Assembly (NCBI RefSeq): GCF_009914755.1
Contig: NC_060947.1
From: the human T2T-CHM13v2.0 reference genome, Homo sapiens
Strand: one strand, 5' to 3'
Length of the DNA: 64,000 nt
The position numbers were made by a program, and so were the translations under genes. Within the stretch, counting starts at the first letter, position 1; each line of letters opens with the position of its first letter. Shown here piece after piece: positions 46,663-61,340 of the stretch. Below the pieces are notes generated by a model. The model saw only the letters and a list, made by a program, of their open reading frames with translations. It ran no database searches and was not told the origin of the DNA.

Positions 46663-49240
46663 TTTTTTTTAAGTATTTAACTTTTGTGTGTACATAGTAG
46701 GTATATATACTTTTGGACTACGTGAGATATTTTGATATAGCCATGCAAAGTGTAATAATCACATCAGGGTAAATAGGGAATCTATGACCACAAGCACTTA
46801 TTCTTTGTGTTACAAATAATCCAATTAAACTATTTTAGTAATTTTAAAGTGTACAATGAAATTATTTTTTACTATAGTCCATCTGCTATGCTAGGACATA
46901 CTAGATCTTATTCATTCTTTCAGACTATTTTTTGTACCCATTAACCATCTCCACTTCCTCTCAACCCCACCCCCACCCCCACCCCACTACACTTCCCAGT
47001 CTCTCTTCTCTGTATCTCCATGAGTTCAATTATTTTAATTTTTAGCTTTCACAAATAAGTGATAACATGTGAAGTTTACCTTTCTGTGCCTGACTTATTT
47101 CAGTTAACATAGTGACCCCCAGTTCCATCTATGTTGTTGAAAATAACAGGATCTCATTCTGTTTTATGGCTGAGTAGTATTCCATGGTGTAATATATATA
47201 CTACATTTTCTTTGTCTGTTGTTTATCTGTCCATCTGTTTATCTGTTGATGGACACTTAGGTTGCTTCCAAATCTCAGCTATTGCGAATAGGGCTGCAAT
47301 GAACATAGAAGTGGAGACATCACTTGGATATACTGATTTCCTTTCTTTTGGGTATATACCTAGGAGTGGGATGTATATACCTAGGAGCTGGAACATATGG
47401 TAGCTCTATTTTTAGTTTTCTGGGGAACTTCTAAACTGTTCTCCCCAGTGGTTGTGCTAACTTACATTCCCACCAACAGTGTATAAGGGTTCCCTTTTCT
47501 CTGCAGCCTTGCCAGAATTTGTTATTGGCTGACTTTTAGATAAAAGCCATCTTAACTGGATTGAGATGACACCTCACTATAGTTTTAATTTGCATTTTGT
47601 GATGATCAATGATGTTGAGCACCTTTTCATATACCTGTTTGCCTTTTTTATGTCTTCTGTTCAGAAATGCCTATTCAGATTTTTTTTCCATTTTTTAATC
47701 AGAGTATTAGAATATTTCCTATAGAGTTGTTTGAGCTTCTTATATATTATGGTTATAAATCCCTTGTCAAATTGGTAGTTTAGAAATATTTTCTCCCATT
47801 CTATGGGTTGTCTCTTCACTTTCTTGAACATTTCAAAGTGTTTCTTGAAAGTGTTTATTGAAGATACTTTCTTTTTTTCCTTTGCTGTGCAGAAGGTTTT
47901 TTAACTAGATGAGAACCCATTTGTTCATTTTTGCTTTGCTGACTGGTGTTTGTGAGCTACTACTCAAGACATCTTTGCCAAGATCAATGTCCTAGAGAGT
48001 TTCTTCAATGTTTTCTTGTAGGAGTTTTATAATGTGAGGTATTATATTTAAGTATTTAGTCCATTTTGATTTTATTTTTATATATAGCAAGAGATAAAAG
48101 TCTGGTTTCATTCTTCTGCATATGGATATACAGTTTTTTTCCAGCAACATTTATGGAGGAGACTGCTCTTTCCCCTATGTATGTTCTTGGTACATTTGTT
48201 AAAAATGAGTTCACTGTAGGTGTATGGATTTGGCTCTAGGATCTTTATTCTGATTCATTTGCCTATGTGTCTGTTTTTATGCCAGTACTATGCCATTTTT
48301 ATTAATGTAGCTCTGTGGTATAATTTGAGGTCAGGTAATGTGATTCCTCCAGTTTTGTTGTTTTGCTCAGGATAGCATTGACTATTCTAGGAGGAATTTT
48401 GTAGTTCTATATAAATTTTATAATTATTTATTTCCCTGAAAAATGTCATTAGTATTTTGATAAGGATTGCATTGGATCTGTAGTTTGCTTTGCATAGCGT
48501 GACATTTTAATAATATTATTTCAATCAGTGAACATGGAATATCTTTCCATATTTGTGTGTCTTCTTCTATTTCTTGCATCAGTGTTTTATAGTTTTTATT
48601 GTAGAATCTTTCACTTCTTTGGTTAAGTTTATTCCTATGTATTTTATTTTACTTGTAGTTATCGTAAGATTATTTTTTTCATAATGGTCACTGTTGGCAT
48701 ATAGAAATTTCAATAATTTTTGTATGTTGATGTTGTATCCTGCAACTTTACTGAATGTCTTTCTAATAGTTTTTTGGTGGAGTCTTCAGGTTTTTCCAAA
48801 TATAAGATCATATCATCTGCAAACAGGGATAATCTCACTTCTTCCATTCCAATTTGTATTCCCTTTATTTCCTTCTCTTATCTGACTGTTCTAGCTAGGA
48901 CTTCAAGGACTATATTATTGAATAACATTGGTAAAAGTGGGCATCCTTGTCGTGTTCCTGAACTTAGAAAAGGATTTCTGTTTTTACCCATTCAGTATGA
49001 TACTTGCCATAGGTTTCTCATATATGGCTTTTATTATGTTGGGGTATGTTCTTTCTGTACCCAGTTTGTTTTTAGAGTTTTTATCATGAAGGGAAGTTGA
49101 CATTTATCACATTTTTTTCAGCATCAATTGAAATTATTCCTGGTTTTTGTCCTTTATTCCGTTGATATAGCATATCATATACATTAATTTTCATATGTTG
49201 AACCATCCTTGCATCCCTGGTATAAATCCCACTTAGGTAA
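46663..49240 (-). mobile_element. L1MA3-like 3' portion
   Basis: L1MA1-3-type 3'UTR and ORF2 in antisense. Confidence 0.8.
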
Positions 49241-49332
49241 TGTTCCCCTCTTATTTCTGGTTTTAGGTTTTTGAGTCTTCTATTTTCTTAATTTAGCTGA
49301 ATAATAGTTAAATATATTGATCTTTTTGAAGA

Positions 49333-49513
49333 GCTATATTTCATAGCAGTCCTCAGGGAAGGCAGCCAGTGGAATTGCAGAGGGGCCACAGGGTGAAGGA
49401 GGCTCCTTGCTGAAATTTGTATTAATTTTGACTGAGCATGATTTTTTTCTGAGCAGAATGCGGGGGCAAATGGGAAGTGCAAATATGATTGCAGAAGCCA
49501 CAGCCAACAGTGA
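49333..49513 (-). repeat. 181-bp inverted templated copy of 45117-45297
   Basis: No mismatches seen; identical peptides in the ORF track (45058 + versus 49288 -, and 44939 - versus 49407 +). Confidence 0.97.
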
Positions 49514-50278
49514 TATGTTATCTCAGTGCCCCTGGCCTGCAAAGTTTCTGCTGAGAAATCCAGTGAAATCTTATGGGGAATCCCTTGAATGTGACAAGTC
49601 ATTTTTCTCTTGCTGCTTTCAGAATTCTCTCATTGATTTGTCTCTTGACATAATGTGGGTGTCTTTCAGTTAATCCTATTTGGAGTTAATTAAACTTCTT
49701 GCATTTGTGTATTCATGTCTTTCCTTAAGTTTGGGAAGTTTTCAGCCATTATTTCTTTAAATAAGCTTTCTGCTCCTTTTTCTACTTCTCTTTTCCTTCA
49801 AAGACTTTCATGACTTATATATTTGTCTGGTTTATACTGTGCTACAAGTATTTTTTTTGTATTCATTTTTTTCCCTCAGGCTTCATAATTTCTAATGACC
49901 TGTTTTCAAGTTCACTGATTATTTTCTCTGCCTTTTTGAGTTGTCTATTTTATCATTCTAGTGAATTTTTCAGTAAACCTATTGTATTTTTCGGCTCATG
50001 AATTTCTGTTTGTTTTTAAGTAATTTCTATCTCTTTGTTGATATTCTCATTTACTTCATGTATCATTTTCTTATTTTTATTTATTTCTTTGTGTATGTTT
50101 CCCCCTACCTATTTAAGACAGTTGTTTAAAGCCTTCATTTATTAAGTCTTAGCATGTGTTTCCTCAGAGACTATTTCTGGAGATTTATTTTTGTTCCTTT
50201 GAATGGGCCATATTTTTCTGTTTTTTTTTTTTTTTTTTTTTTTTTAAATATCCCTTGTGAATTTTCGGTGATATTTAA

Positions 50279-50626
<348 letters not shown>

Positions 50627-52350
50627 TTATGGAAGACTTTTACTAATCAGTGGGCCTCTGAATATTGAAATCAGCCTGAGGTGAAGGCTTGAGTCTTCTT
50701 TTCCTAGGTATGCATCATTTCTGGGCCTGTCTAGGTACTCTTTTCTGTTTTCCCCCTGGATAGTTTTAAAAGCCTTAAATTTTAAAATATTCTCACCCAA
50801 GATTTTGTGGGGAACTTAGGTGTTCTATTGCATATATTTGTCTGTAATCTCTTGATCCCAGACATCTACAGGTCTGAAGTTCCCCTGTGGTTTTCATGCA
50901 CCACAGCAGTAACCACTGCCTTCTGTGACTTTCATCTTTAGACATTAATCAAATGTGCCATCAATTCCATTTGAACTTTAAGTTTAATAAGATAGACCAG
51001 TCACTCTGGCAGCCCACAGATAGACTAAAACATTGACAACTATTTCCATTCTGTTATTTCCGTCACAAGGGAGGGAACCAGGAAATAAGCCGCTTCTTCC
51101 TGACCTTGCTGCACTATGCTGGAGAGGGCTTGTGGCAAGAGTGAGTAAAAGTGTTATAAAATTTTCTACCGTTTTGAATGTGTCTTGATTGAGCATTGGC
51201 TTGGTTGTTATAGATACTAGATTGTGTTCCAGAGCTCCCATGAAGTTATTTTAGCTAATATGTATGTGTTTGTTTGTTTGTTTGGTGTTTTGATGGAAAA
51301 ACAAGGTCCTGGAGCTTCCTAGTCCACCATCTTAGTAATGTCACTCTCTAAACTGTTTTGTTGTGCCTAAAATATGCTGTTATGGTCATCTATTACCATT
51401 TTTAAATATTTTCTCATATTTATAATTTACATTTTTTACTTTTTCAAATCTGTTACATCATTTTTATGATTTACACTTCTTTGCAGATATTTTCATGCTT
51501 GTCATATATTTCCTAAATATTGTAAACATAGTTATTTTAAAATTTGAATCAGATAAGTCAACGAAATGAAGTCTTTGTGGACATGTTTCTATTGTTTTAT
51601 TTTTCTGATACCTCATACATAGCATTTTGTTTTGTATTCTTTTCTTTTATGTCAATTAGTTTTTGACAGAGAGCTGCTAAAACTCCTTAAAAATAATTGT
51701 TGGGATTATTTGAAAGATAGAAAAAAGGTGGAATTATCTGGATAGGACTTGCATTTACTTCTGCAAGATGTGTTTGGGCACCACCAGTATGGGGGTACTC
51801 TGCCTTAATGAAAGGTTTGAGTTTTTATGGCTTATCTTGGCAGTATGAACTTGAGGTTAAAATACTTCAAGAAATAGTTTGTGTTTATGATTATGTTTCA
51901 TTGCCGTTTATTTCAATCTTGCATTGCTCAGTACCAAAGAAACTTTAGCTGTATGTTTCTAGTAGGTATGTTAATATAACAGAGTTTGTTTCTGGTTGAA
52001 AACTGTGTTGATGGCATAGGTATTTGGCTTTCCAGCTTTGTGAGGAAGGTGTCTTCTGATTCACATCTCATCTTGGGTATGCCTTGGCTTTTGCTTGCAG
52101 TGTTCTCAAATCACTCAAGATCATAAAAATACATACTAAATGATGCCAGCTTTGGAAAACAATATTGGAACAAAAATAGCTCGGTAGTTTTCTTACCATT
52201 TTAATGGCTTCATTCACCTGATAATTCTTTTCTGTCTTGTTTATTCTTCCATGTATTTAAATTTTTTAAAATATTTCATCCAACATCTTTAAATACTTTC
52301 AGTAACAGTGTTAATATGGATACATAGCTAGTTGTATTACCAGAAATAGG

Positions 52351-52412
52351 CTTTAATTTAAACAGACTTTAATTTAAACAGACTTTAATTTAAACAGGGT
52401 TTAATTTAAACA
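52351..52412. repeat. 16-bp minisatellite (ctttaatttaaacaga), about 4 copies
   Basis: Directly visible. Confidence 0.9.
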
Positions 52413-52489
52413 AGCTCTGGTATCAAATCAGGAGTTGGTAAGATAGGATTAAAAAAACACTTAAACATTTTCTACCAAGGGGAGTTTTT

Positions 52490-52670
52490 CCAATAAGACT
52501 CAAAGTGTGTTCTACGAATCATTGCATCTCAATCACCCAAGTTGATTTTCAAAATGAAAATTCCTGGGTCCAACCCAATAAATACCGAGTAAATAATATC
52601 GAGGTATGGATCCCAGGAATCTATATTTTTGTCAACCACCATAAGTAATTCATAGGGGACAAAAATGTAA
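52490..52670. mobile_element. MER5-like hAT fragment
   Basis: attcctgggtcc...cccaggaatctatattttt. Confidence 0.5.
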
Positions 52671-53628
52671 GGCCCATCATTTACAGCTAAAATTTAAATG
52701 AATTACTTTCTCTTTTAATATTTTCATTGAAACAAAATACAAGACAGAACCAATCCTTGATGAGAACAGTATTTCATATGTCTAAATCATGGTTCTGGAC
52801 TTGACAAGAAAGAAAAATAGGTATAGAATTGCCACTTTAATGAAAAGTTAATTTCCACATAATTAGAGGAGTATAATTCATTACTGAGGTATGAATTAAT
52901 AAAACTAGTAAGTGATATTATATATTCAAAGACACCAGATATTTTTATTATTCAATGATATTTTTAATAAGGGGTTGAATTTAGACAGTAGACAAATTTC
53001 TAACCACATAGCAGAGCATTGTGGAGAAATTCACTTGGCATGCCAAAGAATAAATATCTTTCACCTTTGTGAAGAGCCTGTAAGAAATTCTGACAAGGCA
53101 AACCTCAGGATGCAGTCTTTCTCCCTGCAAATAAATGGCTGCAGCTGTGCTGTCCATCCATGTGCCTTTTACCTGCTGAGTCTCTGTGTCTGATATTGCA
53201 CTGGCCATTTTAAAGGCAGCTTTTCTATAAACTGAGTGTAAGTTATATTTCAGAGGACTTTACATTTCTCTTTCTGGTTACTAAAAGTTAAATTACTATT
53301 TCAAATCAAAATTCTTATTTTAGATGGTGGTAGGCAAAAGGAATATGCATGAAAGGAAACATCTTTTATAGGGAGTTGAAAATGAATAATAAGAGATAGC
53401 TTTAATCAGATGGGAGTCTATGGATTTAGACTCTTTAAAATCATTACTTTTCCACAAATGATTTTAAAGTTTTGACTTATCAATTATGGTTCTTCATGTC
53501 ATAAAACTAATATCAATTTGAATCAGAGAAACATGATTGACTTGGTAACTTCTTTTTTTTTTTTTTTAAAGTTGGGCCTTTAGTTTCTGAGTCTTTTTTT
53601 TTTTCCTATTCTGGCATGAACTTTAAAA

Positions 53629-55668
53629 TTTTTTTTTCTTATTTCCAAAGGTTTTTGGGAAACAGGTAGTAGTTGGTTACATCAGTAAGTTGTGGTGATT
53701 TGTGAGATTTTGGTGCACCCATCACCTGAGCAGTATACACTGTAGCCAATTTATAGTCTTTTATCACTCATCCCCCTCCCCTACTTTCCCCCAAGTCCTC
53801 AAAGTCCACTGTATCATTCTTATGCCTTTGCATCCTCATAGCTTAACTCTCACTTTTGAGTGAGAACATATGATGTTTCGTTTTCCATTCCTGAGTTACT
53901 TCACTTAGAATAGTGGTCTCCAATTCCATCCAGGTTGCTGTGAATGCCGTCACTTCATTCCTTTTAAATGGCTGAATAGCATTCCATTATATATATGTAT
54001 ATCACAATTTCTTTATCCACTCATTGATTGATGGACATTTGGGCTGGTTACATATTTTGGCAATTGTGAATCGTGCTGCTATAAACATGCCTGTGCAAGT
54101 ATCTGTTTTGTATAATGACTTCTTTTACTCTGGTTAGATGCTGAGTAGTGGGATTGCTGGATCAAGTGGTAGTTCTACTTTCAGCTCTTTAAGGAATCTC
54201 CACACTGTTTTTTAATAGTGTTTGTACTAGTTTACATTTCCACCAGCAGTGTAAAAGTATTCCTTTTTCATTGCATCCCCAACAACATCCATTATTTTTT
54301 TATTATGGCCATTCTTGCAGGAGCAAGGTGGTTTTGCGCATTGTGGTTTTGATTTGCATTTACCTCATCATTAGTGATGCTGAACATTTTTTCATATGTT
54401 TGTTGGCCATTTATATATCTTCTTTTGAGAATTGTCCATTCATAATTTTTGATGGGATTGTTTGTTTTTTCCTTGCTAATTTGTTTGAGTTCTTTAAAAA
54501 TTTTTTTTTTAAATTATACTTTATGTTCTGGGATACATGTGCAAAATGTGCAGGTTTGTTACATAGGTACACACGTGCCATGGTGGTTTGCTGCACCCAT
54601 CAACCCATCATCTACATTAGGTATTTCTCCTAATACTATCCCTCCCCTAGCCCCTCAACCCCTCAACAGGCCCCAGTGTGTGATGTTCCCCTCCCTGTGT
54701 ACATGTGTTCTCATTGTTCAACTTCCACTTATGAGTGAGAACATGCAGTGTTTGGTTTTCTGTTCTTGTGTCAGTTTGCTGAGAATGATGGTTTCCAGCT
54801 TCATCCATGTCCCTACAAAGGACATGAACTCATCCTTTTTTATGGCTGCATAGTATTCCATGGTGTATATGTGCCACATTTTCTTTATCCTGTCTATCAT
54901 TGTTTGAGTTATTTGTAGATTCTGGATATTAGTCCTTTGTTGGATGTATAGATTGTGAAGATTTTCTTCCACTCTGTGAGTTGTCTGTTTACTCTTCTGA
55001 TTGTTTCTTTTGCCATTCAGAAACTTCTTAGTTTAATTAAGTCCCACCTATTTTTCATTGTTTTTGTTGCATTTGCTTTGGGGTTCTTGGTAATGAATTC
55101 TTTGCCTAAGCCAATGTCTAGAAGGGTTTTTTGATGTTGTCTTCTAGAATCTTTATGGTTTCAGGTCTTAGAATGAAGTCCTTGATCCATCTTGAGTTGA
55201 TTTTTGTATAAGGTGAGAGATAAGGATCAAGTTTCATTCTTCTATATGTGGCTTTCATGTGATTCCAGCACCATTTGTTGAACAGAGTATTATCTCCCCA
55301 CCTTATTTTTTTGTTTGCTTTGTTGAAGATCAGTTGGCTGTAAGTATTTGGCTTTATTTTTGGGTTCTCTATTCTGTTCCTTTGGTCTCTGTGCCTATTT
55401 TTATACCAGTATCATGCCGTTTTGGTGACTGTGGCATAGTTTGAAGTCAGATAACTTGATGCCTCCAGATGTGTTCTTTTTGCTTAGTCTTGCTTTGACC
55501 CTGCAGGCTCTTTTGTTCCACATAAATTTTAGGATTGTCTTTTCTAGTTCTGTGGAAAATGACGGTGGTATTTTTATGGGGATTGCACTGAATTTGTAGA
55601 CTGCTTTTGGCAGTATGGTCATTTTCACAATATTGATTCTACCCATCCATAAGCATGGGATGTGTTTC
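53629..55668 (-). mobile_element. 5'-truncated L1PB1-like
   Basis: PB-type 3'UTR and ORF2 in antisense, interrupted at 54496-54900. Confidence 0.85.
54496..54900 (-). mobile_element. Short L1PA7-like nested in the L1PB
   Basis: TSD tgtttgagtt(c/a)ttt (54482-54495 / 54901-54914). Confidence 0.9.
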
Positions 55669-55926
55669 TTTAACTTGATAACTTCTATCATCCACAAGTG
55701 GGAAAGATAGCAGTAGTTAGAAATTGTGTTTAAAGAAAATGGGGGGCCTCTGCAAATTGAATATTAGCATTCTTCAAGCCTGTAATTTTAGACATTTGGG
55801 TAAATCTGATCAGACTCTTGATATAGATAGATAGATGAAATAAATATTGATAAAGATATACAGATAAGTAGATACATATTGATACTTTATTGTAACTTTT
55901 ATAATGCTGAGGACCAGGATGTGCTA

Positions 55927-56475
55927 TGTGGCAGGCACACACCAAGGTGACTCCCTAATAAGTCACACCATTATGTAAGCCCCTCCCTTGAGTGTAGGTG
56001 GAGTCCGTGACTTGTTTCTAGTAGTAGAATATGGCAAAAGTGATGGGTGGTCACTCCCTTGATTAGGTTACATTGTATGAGATTCCATTTTACCAGATTA
56101 AAGTGAAAGACTCTCTTCCTGGTTTTAAAATGTAAGCTGCCAAATTGGGATAGGGCCAATTGGCAAAGACATTTGTATGGTCTCCATGAACTGGCTAACG
56201 GCCAGAAAGGCAATGGGAACTTTAGTCTTATAACCAAAAAGAACATCCAGATGAGCTTGGAAGAGGGCCCCAAACTCTAAAAAGGAATGTAAACCAACTA
56301 ATACCTTGATTGCAATCTTGTTAGACCCTGTACCAAGGACTCAGGGCCTGCTGAGACTCCTGAACCATGAAAACTGTAAGAAAATAAATGGGTAATGTTT
56401 TATTCTCTTTCTGACTGTGGAAGTCAGATAGTCAGCTAGTCTGGCTTACAGCAGCAATATTTAAGACTAATGAAA
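55927..56475 (+). mobile_element. MaLR LTR (MLT1E-like)
   Basis: cccctcccttgagtgtagg...agaatatggcaaaagtgatggg...cagcagcaata. Confidence 0.75.
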
Positions 56476-57567
56476 TATATTACAGCATAGTTATAAAGCA
56501 CATTGCAAGTAAAGAGCTCTAGTTATTTTGTAGGAATTTGGAAACAATAGTTACATTTTGATATGTCCCTAAGCCTAGTAGTCATTACATTAATCAGTTT
56601 TGCATCACCAGATTCAATTCACTTATCTTCACAATCTAGGTTAATAAATATACACAAAAACGTATACACAATTATATTTTAGTGTTATTAATAACATTTT
56701 CTAGAAGTCTGTGACAATAAATGGAATGGAAATAAGGCAAAACTCTATGATTGAGGTCAACTACTCTAGACACTGTGATATATTTACCAGCATGGTAATG
56801 TCTATCACATTGAAAAATGCTGACAGAAATCACATCCAACTTAATATACTGTATAAGTTATCAAAGCCATATGACCCATGAAAACAAGATACATGTGGTA
56901 CTTCAAATTGATTGTTTACTAACTATGTTAGAATTCAAAATATCAGTATGTAGATATTTGTGTTACTATAACTGGGCACAGTCTTCAGTTATTTGCTAAA
57001 ACACAGGATTATATTACAATTTTCCGTAAAGGAAATTATCCCTTTTACACAACATCGTTAATGATGGGACAAACTGAAAACTTGTCTCACTACCATTGCT
57101 ATTTTACAAAGGGTACAGGACAATTTAACTTCAGTGAGGATATGAGTGCACTTGAAGGTTTAAGAAAAATTCACACTGACCTTCCTTTAATTGAATTTTA
57201 CCTTTGAAATTTTAAACCCCTCCCACAGCTAAATTTCAAACAAAACTTTTTAAAGTAAAAAAAAAAATTAAAAAAAATAAGATTAGCTAGTATTTAAGTG
57301 ATGCCTGAAATCAATTTTATAGAGTGCATCAACAATTTTTAACATTAACTTTCATTTTACAGGAATCTATTTATCACCATAATGTTTCTGTACTATAATA
57401 GAGAATAAGAGTATGGTCTAAAATTTATCAGTAGACATTGAATAAATGTCCATTGATTTCATAAGTGGAAACATTTTAAAACTTTGAAATTCTTGAAATT
57501 AAAAAAGTAAATTGGATTAGAATTAGAAATTTTGAATTATAATTTTTTGAAACAAATTGTTCACCTC

Positions 57568-58048
57568 TGTGATAGTTAATTTTATATGTCAACTTGACTA
57601 GACCAAAATATTCATGTATTTGGTCAAACACTAGTCTAGATGTAGCTGTGAAGGTATTTATTTAGATGAGATTAACACTTAAAACAGTAGACTTTTAGTA
57701 AGGTAGATTATCTTCCATAATGTGGGTGGGCCTCACTCAATCAGTTGAAGGCCTTAAGGTAAAAAGACTGTGATCCCCTTAGAAAAAAATAATTTTGCCT
57801 CCAGACTGCCTTTAGACTCAAGTCACAACATCCCGAACTCTTCCCTAGGTCTACAATCTGCTGGCCTGCCTTGCAGATTTCAGAATCAGCCTCCACAATT
57901 GTGTGAAATAAATCTGCCTCTCCCACTCTCTCTTTCTCTCTCTCTCTCTTCTACTTTCTCTGTGCGTATATATAGACACACACACACACACACACACACA
58001 CGCATGCACACACACACACTTTTTGCTTCTGTGGAGAATGCTAGTGCA
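57568..58048 (+). mobile_element. ERVL 5' LTR (MLT2C/D-like) with (TC)n and (CA)n tracts
   Basis: Starts tgtgatagttaattttatatgtcaacttgact; contains ccataatgtgggtgggcctc. Confidence 0.85.
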
Positions 58049-59030
58049 GATTTGGTACCAAGAGTGGCTCTAGAAAAGCAGAATCATAAGAATGAAATTT
58101 CTGAATTGATTCTGGGAATTTGAAATTGGTTTTTTATTTGATTATATTTAAGGGCACTAATAATTATATTTCCAATAGAAAAGATAGCACTTATAGTCCA
58201 TAAGTATGTAACAGAGACATGATTAGTTATTTACTATATCAAAATGTCTCTTGAAAATTTTAAATACCACCATTGGATACTCCTAATCAAGCACTTGTAA
58301 AAGGCAAGCTTTTGGGGTACTAATATATAATATCTTTAAATATTTTTTGTAAAACTAAGAAGTGTATAAGATTGATTAGTTGTTCCTAATTGTGCTACAG
58401 AAAGTGAAGAAAGAAAAAGATTAGTTCAGGGACTTGAATTCCCAGCTAAAGTACTGCATAAATGACCTGAAAGTTTCAATGTCTACTCTGAAAGAAATTC
58501 TTATTTCCTATAGCCACACAGCTGAGACTGCTCAAAAGAAAACCCAAAATGTAGTACTGCATGCGGTCAAATTACAATGCAAATTGAATTTCTAACATTC
58601 ATGATGTCTTCTTAAAGTTAGTAAATTTGCTTGTCTGTAAGGTATTTTATTTCTCCTTCACTTATGAAGCTTAGTTTGGCTGGATATGAAACTCTGGGTT
58701 GAAAATTCTTATCTTTAAGAATGTTGAATATTGACCCCCACTCTATTCTGGCTTGTAGAGTTTCTGCCGAGAGATTTGGAATGGGGACATATGAAAATTC
58801 TAAAGAATCTTTGCCATCAGTAGCCTCTCCACCTCATTTGAGAAGATTTAACCCTGCTTTGACTGAGGAAACTATAATTCCGTCTCATAAGGTACTTACC
58901 TTATAAGGCACTGCTGATTTTCCTCAGGACCTACATCCACCACCCATGTTTGCTTCTAAACCTGGAAATACACTCCAGTCCCAGCAGATCCCTAAAGGTG
59001 AAGTACAGAGCGTGACCCATGAGGAGGTGT
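58049..59030 (+). mobile_element. HERV-L/ERVL internal fragment (PBS and gag region)
   Basis: PBS-like tttggtaccaagagtgg directly after the LTR; ttggaatggggac and cctaaaggtgaagtacagagcgtgacccatgaggagg resemble ERVL-int. Confidence 0.75.
58625..58775 (-). mobile_element. Isolated young L1PA ORF1 internal fragment
   Basis: Near-consensus L1PA ORF1 reverse complement with no tail or TSD. Confidence 0.85.
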
Positions 59031-59164
59031 GCAAAATGATTTAGGATGTAACTACAACATGGAAAAAAAATATATCCTACTAATAGTATGTCATAGATTA
59101 CAGTATTGTACTAATCAAATGTGAATCCCATAATTACATATAGATAGATTTCAATTTGAATTAG

Positions 59165-59785
<621 letters not shown>

Positions 59786-60337
59786 TAATCCCAAACTCAC
59801 TTTACTTACAGTTAATGGCATTACTAGCCACTCAGTTGCTAATGCCAGAAAGCTAGGATTCATCCCACACATCTTTGAGCTCTTAATTATCTCTGGAATC
59901 TATTCAGTTCTCTCTACTATCTCTAACTGCCATGCAAGTTCTGATGATCATCATTTTGAATCTTGACTACTAAAATAACCTTATCATCAGTCACTTTTTA
60001 TGTGATTTTTCTGCCTACAATTATCTCTACATAGGTCTTAGTTACACACAAATCAAGTCATTAAATTTTCTTGCTTTTGTAGTCTTTTGCACATGCTATG
60101 TACTTTTTCACATCTGAGCATTTTTACAAGGTGTTCCTTAAACGTGGAACAATTTCCCCACTCAATTCCGACTACATTAGCCTAGCTAATGCCTTCTTCC
60201 TCCTTCATGTCTCAAATTAAATATCACTTTTTCATGCAAGCCTTTTCTGATATGACACATTTTGATCTCTCTGTAATACACTCCCCAAATACTTCTTTCT
60301 AATTCTTAGACACACTTATTCAATGTCTCTCTATTTT

Positions 60338-60418
60338 TTAGGTTGGTGCAAAAAGTAATTGAGGTTTTTGCCATTATGTTTAATGGCATAAACTGTAATT
60401 AATTTTGAAGTAACCTAA
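60338..60418. mobile_element. MADE1 (Hsmar1 MITE)
   Basis: ttaggttggtgcaaaaagtaattg...aacctaa, a palindromic ~80-bp element. Confidence 0.9.
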
Positions 60419-60999
60419 TAGTTAATAATGTCTAGGAGAATATGGATTGCTTATGTCTTGTTTATTACAACATTGCACCCAGAACAATATGCCAGTTAGT
60501 AGGAACTCTATGAATATTTATACAATAAATGAATAGAAGAGTGAATGGATGGATACATGAATGCATGAATGAATGGGACATCTGAAAAATCTTACTGCAT
60601 CAAATCCTGGTAATATTCAATAAAAGGGTTTCTGTCATTCATGACATAGGTAATGAGGTTACCAATTCATAAGTGTGGCATAGCCAAATAAGAGTTGGAA
60701 TTTAAAATGAGCACATACTTTCTGTCTTTAATAGCAATCTATGAATCACTTAAGGCTTGGGTATTCACTGGGAATTATTTCACATGTCTCTATTTTAAAC
60801 ATTTGCTATAAAAAATGAAGGAAGTTATTTATCATGGGTTTGGAGAATGAATAATAAAAAGATGTGTATCACATGTAAAAAACTATAGTTGAGGTTCAGT
60901 CTAAAGTAATAGTAGAAAATGAAAACACACTTTTGACTGTGGACTATGCTGAAAGCATTTATTTTGTGATTATGAGATATGTTTTGCAGCTTAATCACC

Positions 61000-61335
61000 C
61001 ACAGTGTAAAACATTGCTAATTGCTTACCTAATATCTACTTCTTTCTTATCAACAAATGTACTTTTATGTTGACTGAAGCAAACCTTGAGTACTCCATTT
61101 ATCAGCCTTCTTTGCATCTAGAACAGGCCATATGACAAAATTATGACCAAGTATTTTATATATTTATATATATGTATGTGTGTGTATATATATGTATATT
61201 GAATATTTGTGGAATAATTATATGTCAGTCCTTCATCTTTATTATGTTTTTATTCTTCCTAAATGCAATATGAATGATATAACTGGAAGTACAGCTGCCA
61301 CTTTGCACCCTTGAATAGAGTATATATACACTAAG
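61000..61335 (+). mobile_element. Old MaLR LTR fragment (MLT1I/J-like)
   Basis: cagccttctttgcatctag...ggccatatgac...ctggaagtacagctgccactttg. Confidence 0.5.
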
Positions 61336-61340
61336 GATTA

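Noticed and set aside
52351-52412. CRISPR-like direct repeats
   Set aside because: Head-to-tail 16-mers with no spacers in mammalian DNA; this is a minisatellite.
53080-53230. Possible minus-strand exon (MASAISDTETQQ followed by gtaa)
   Set aside because: Isolated splice-like site with no recognisable product or partner exons.
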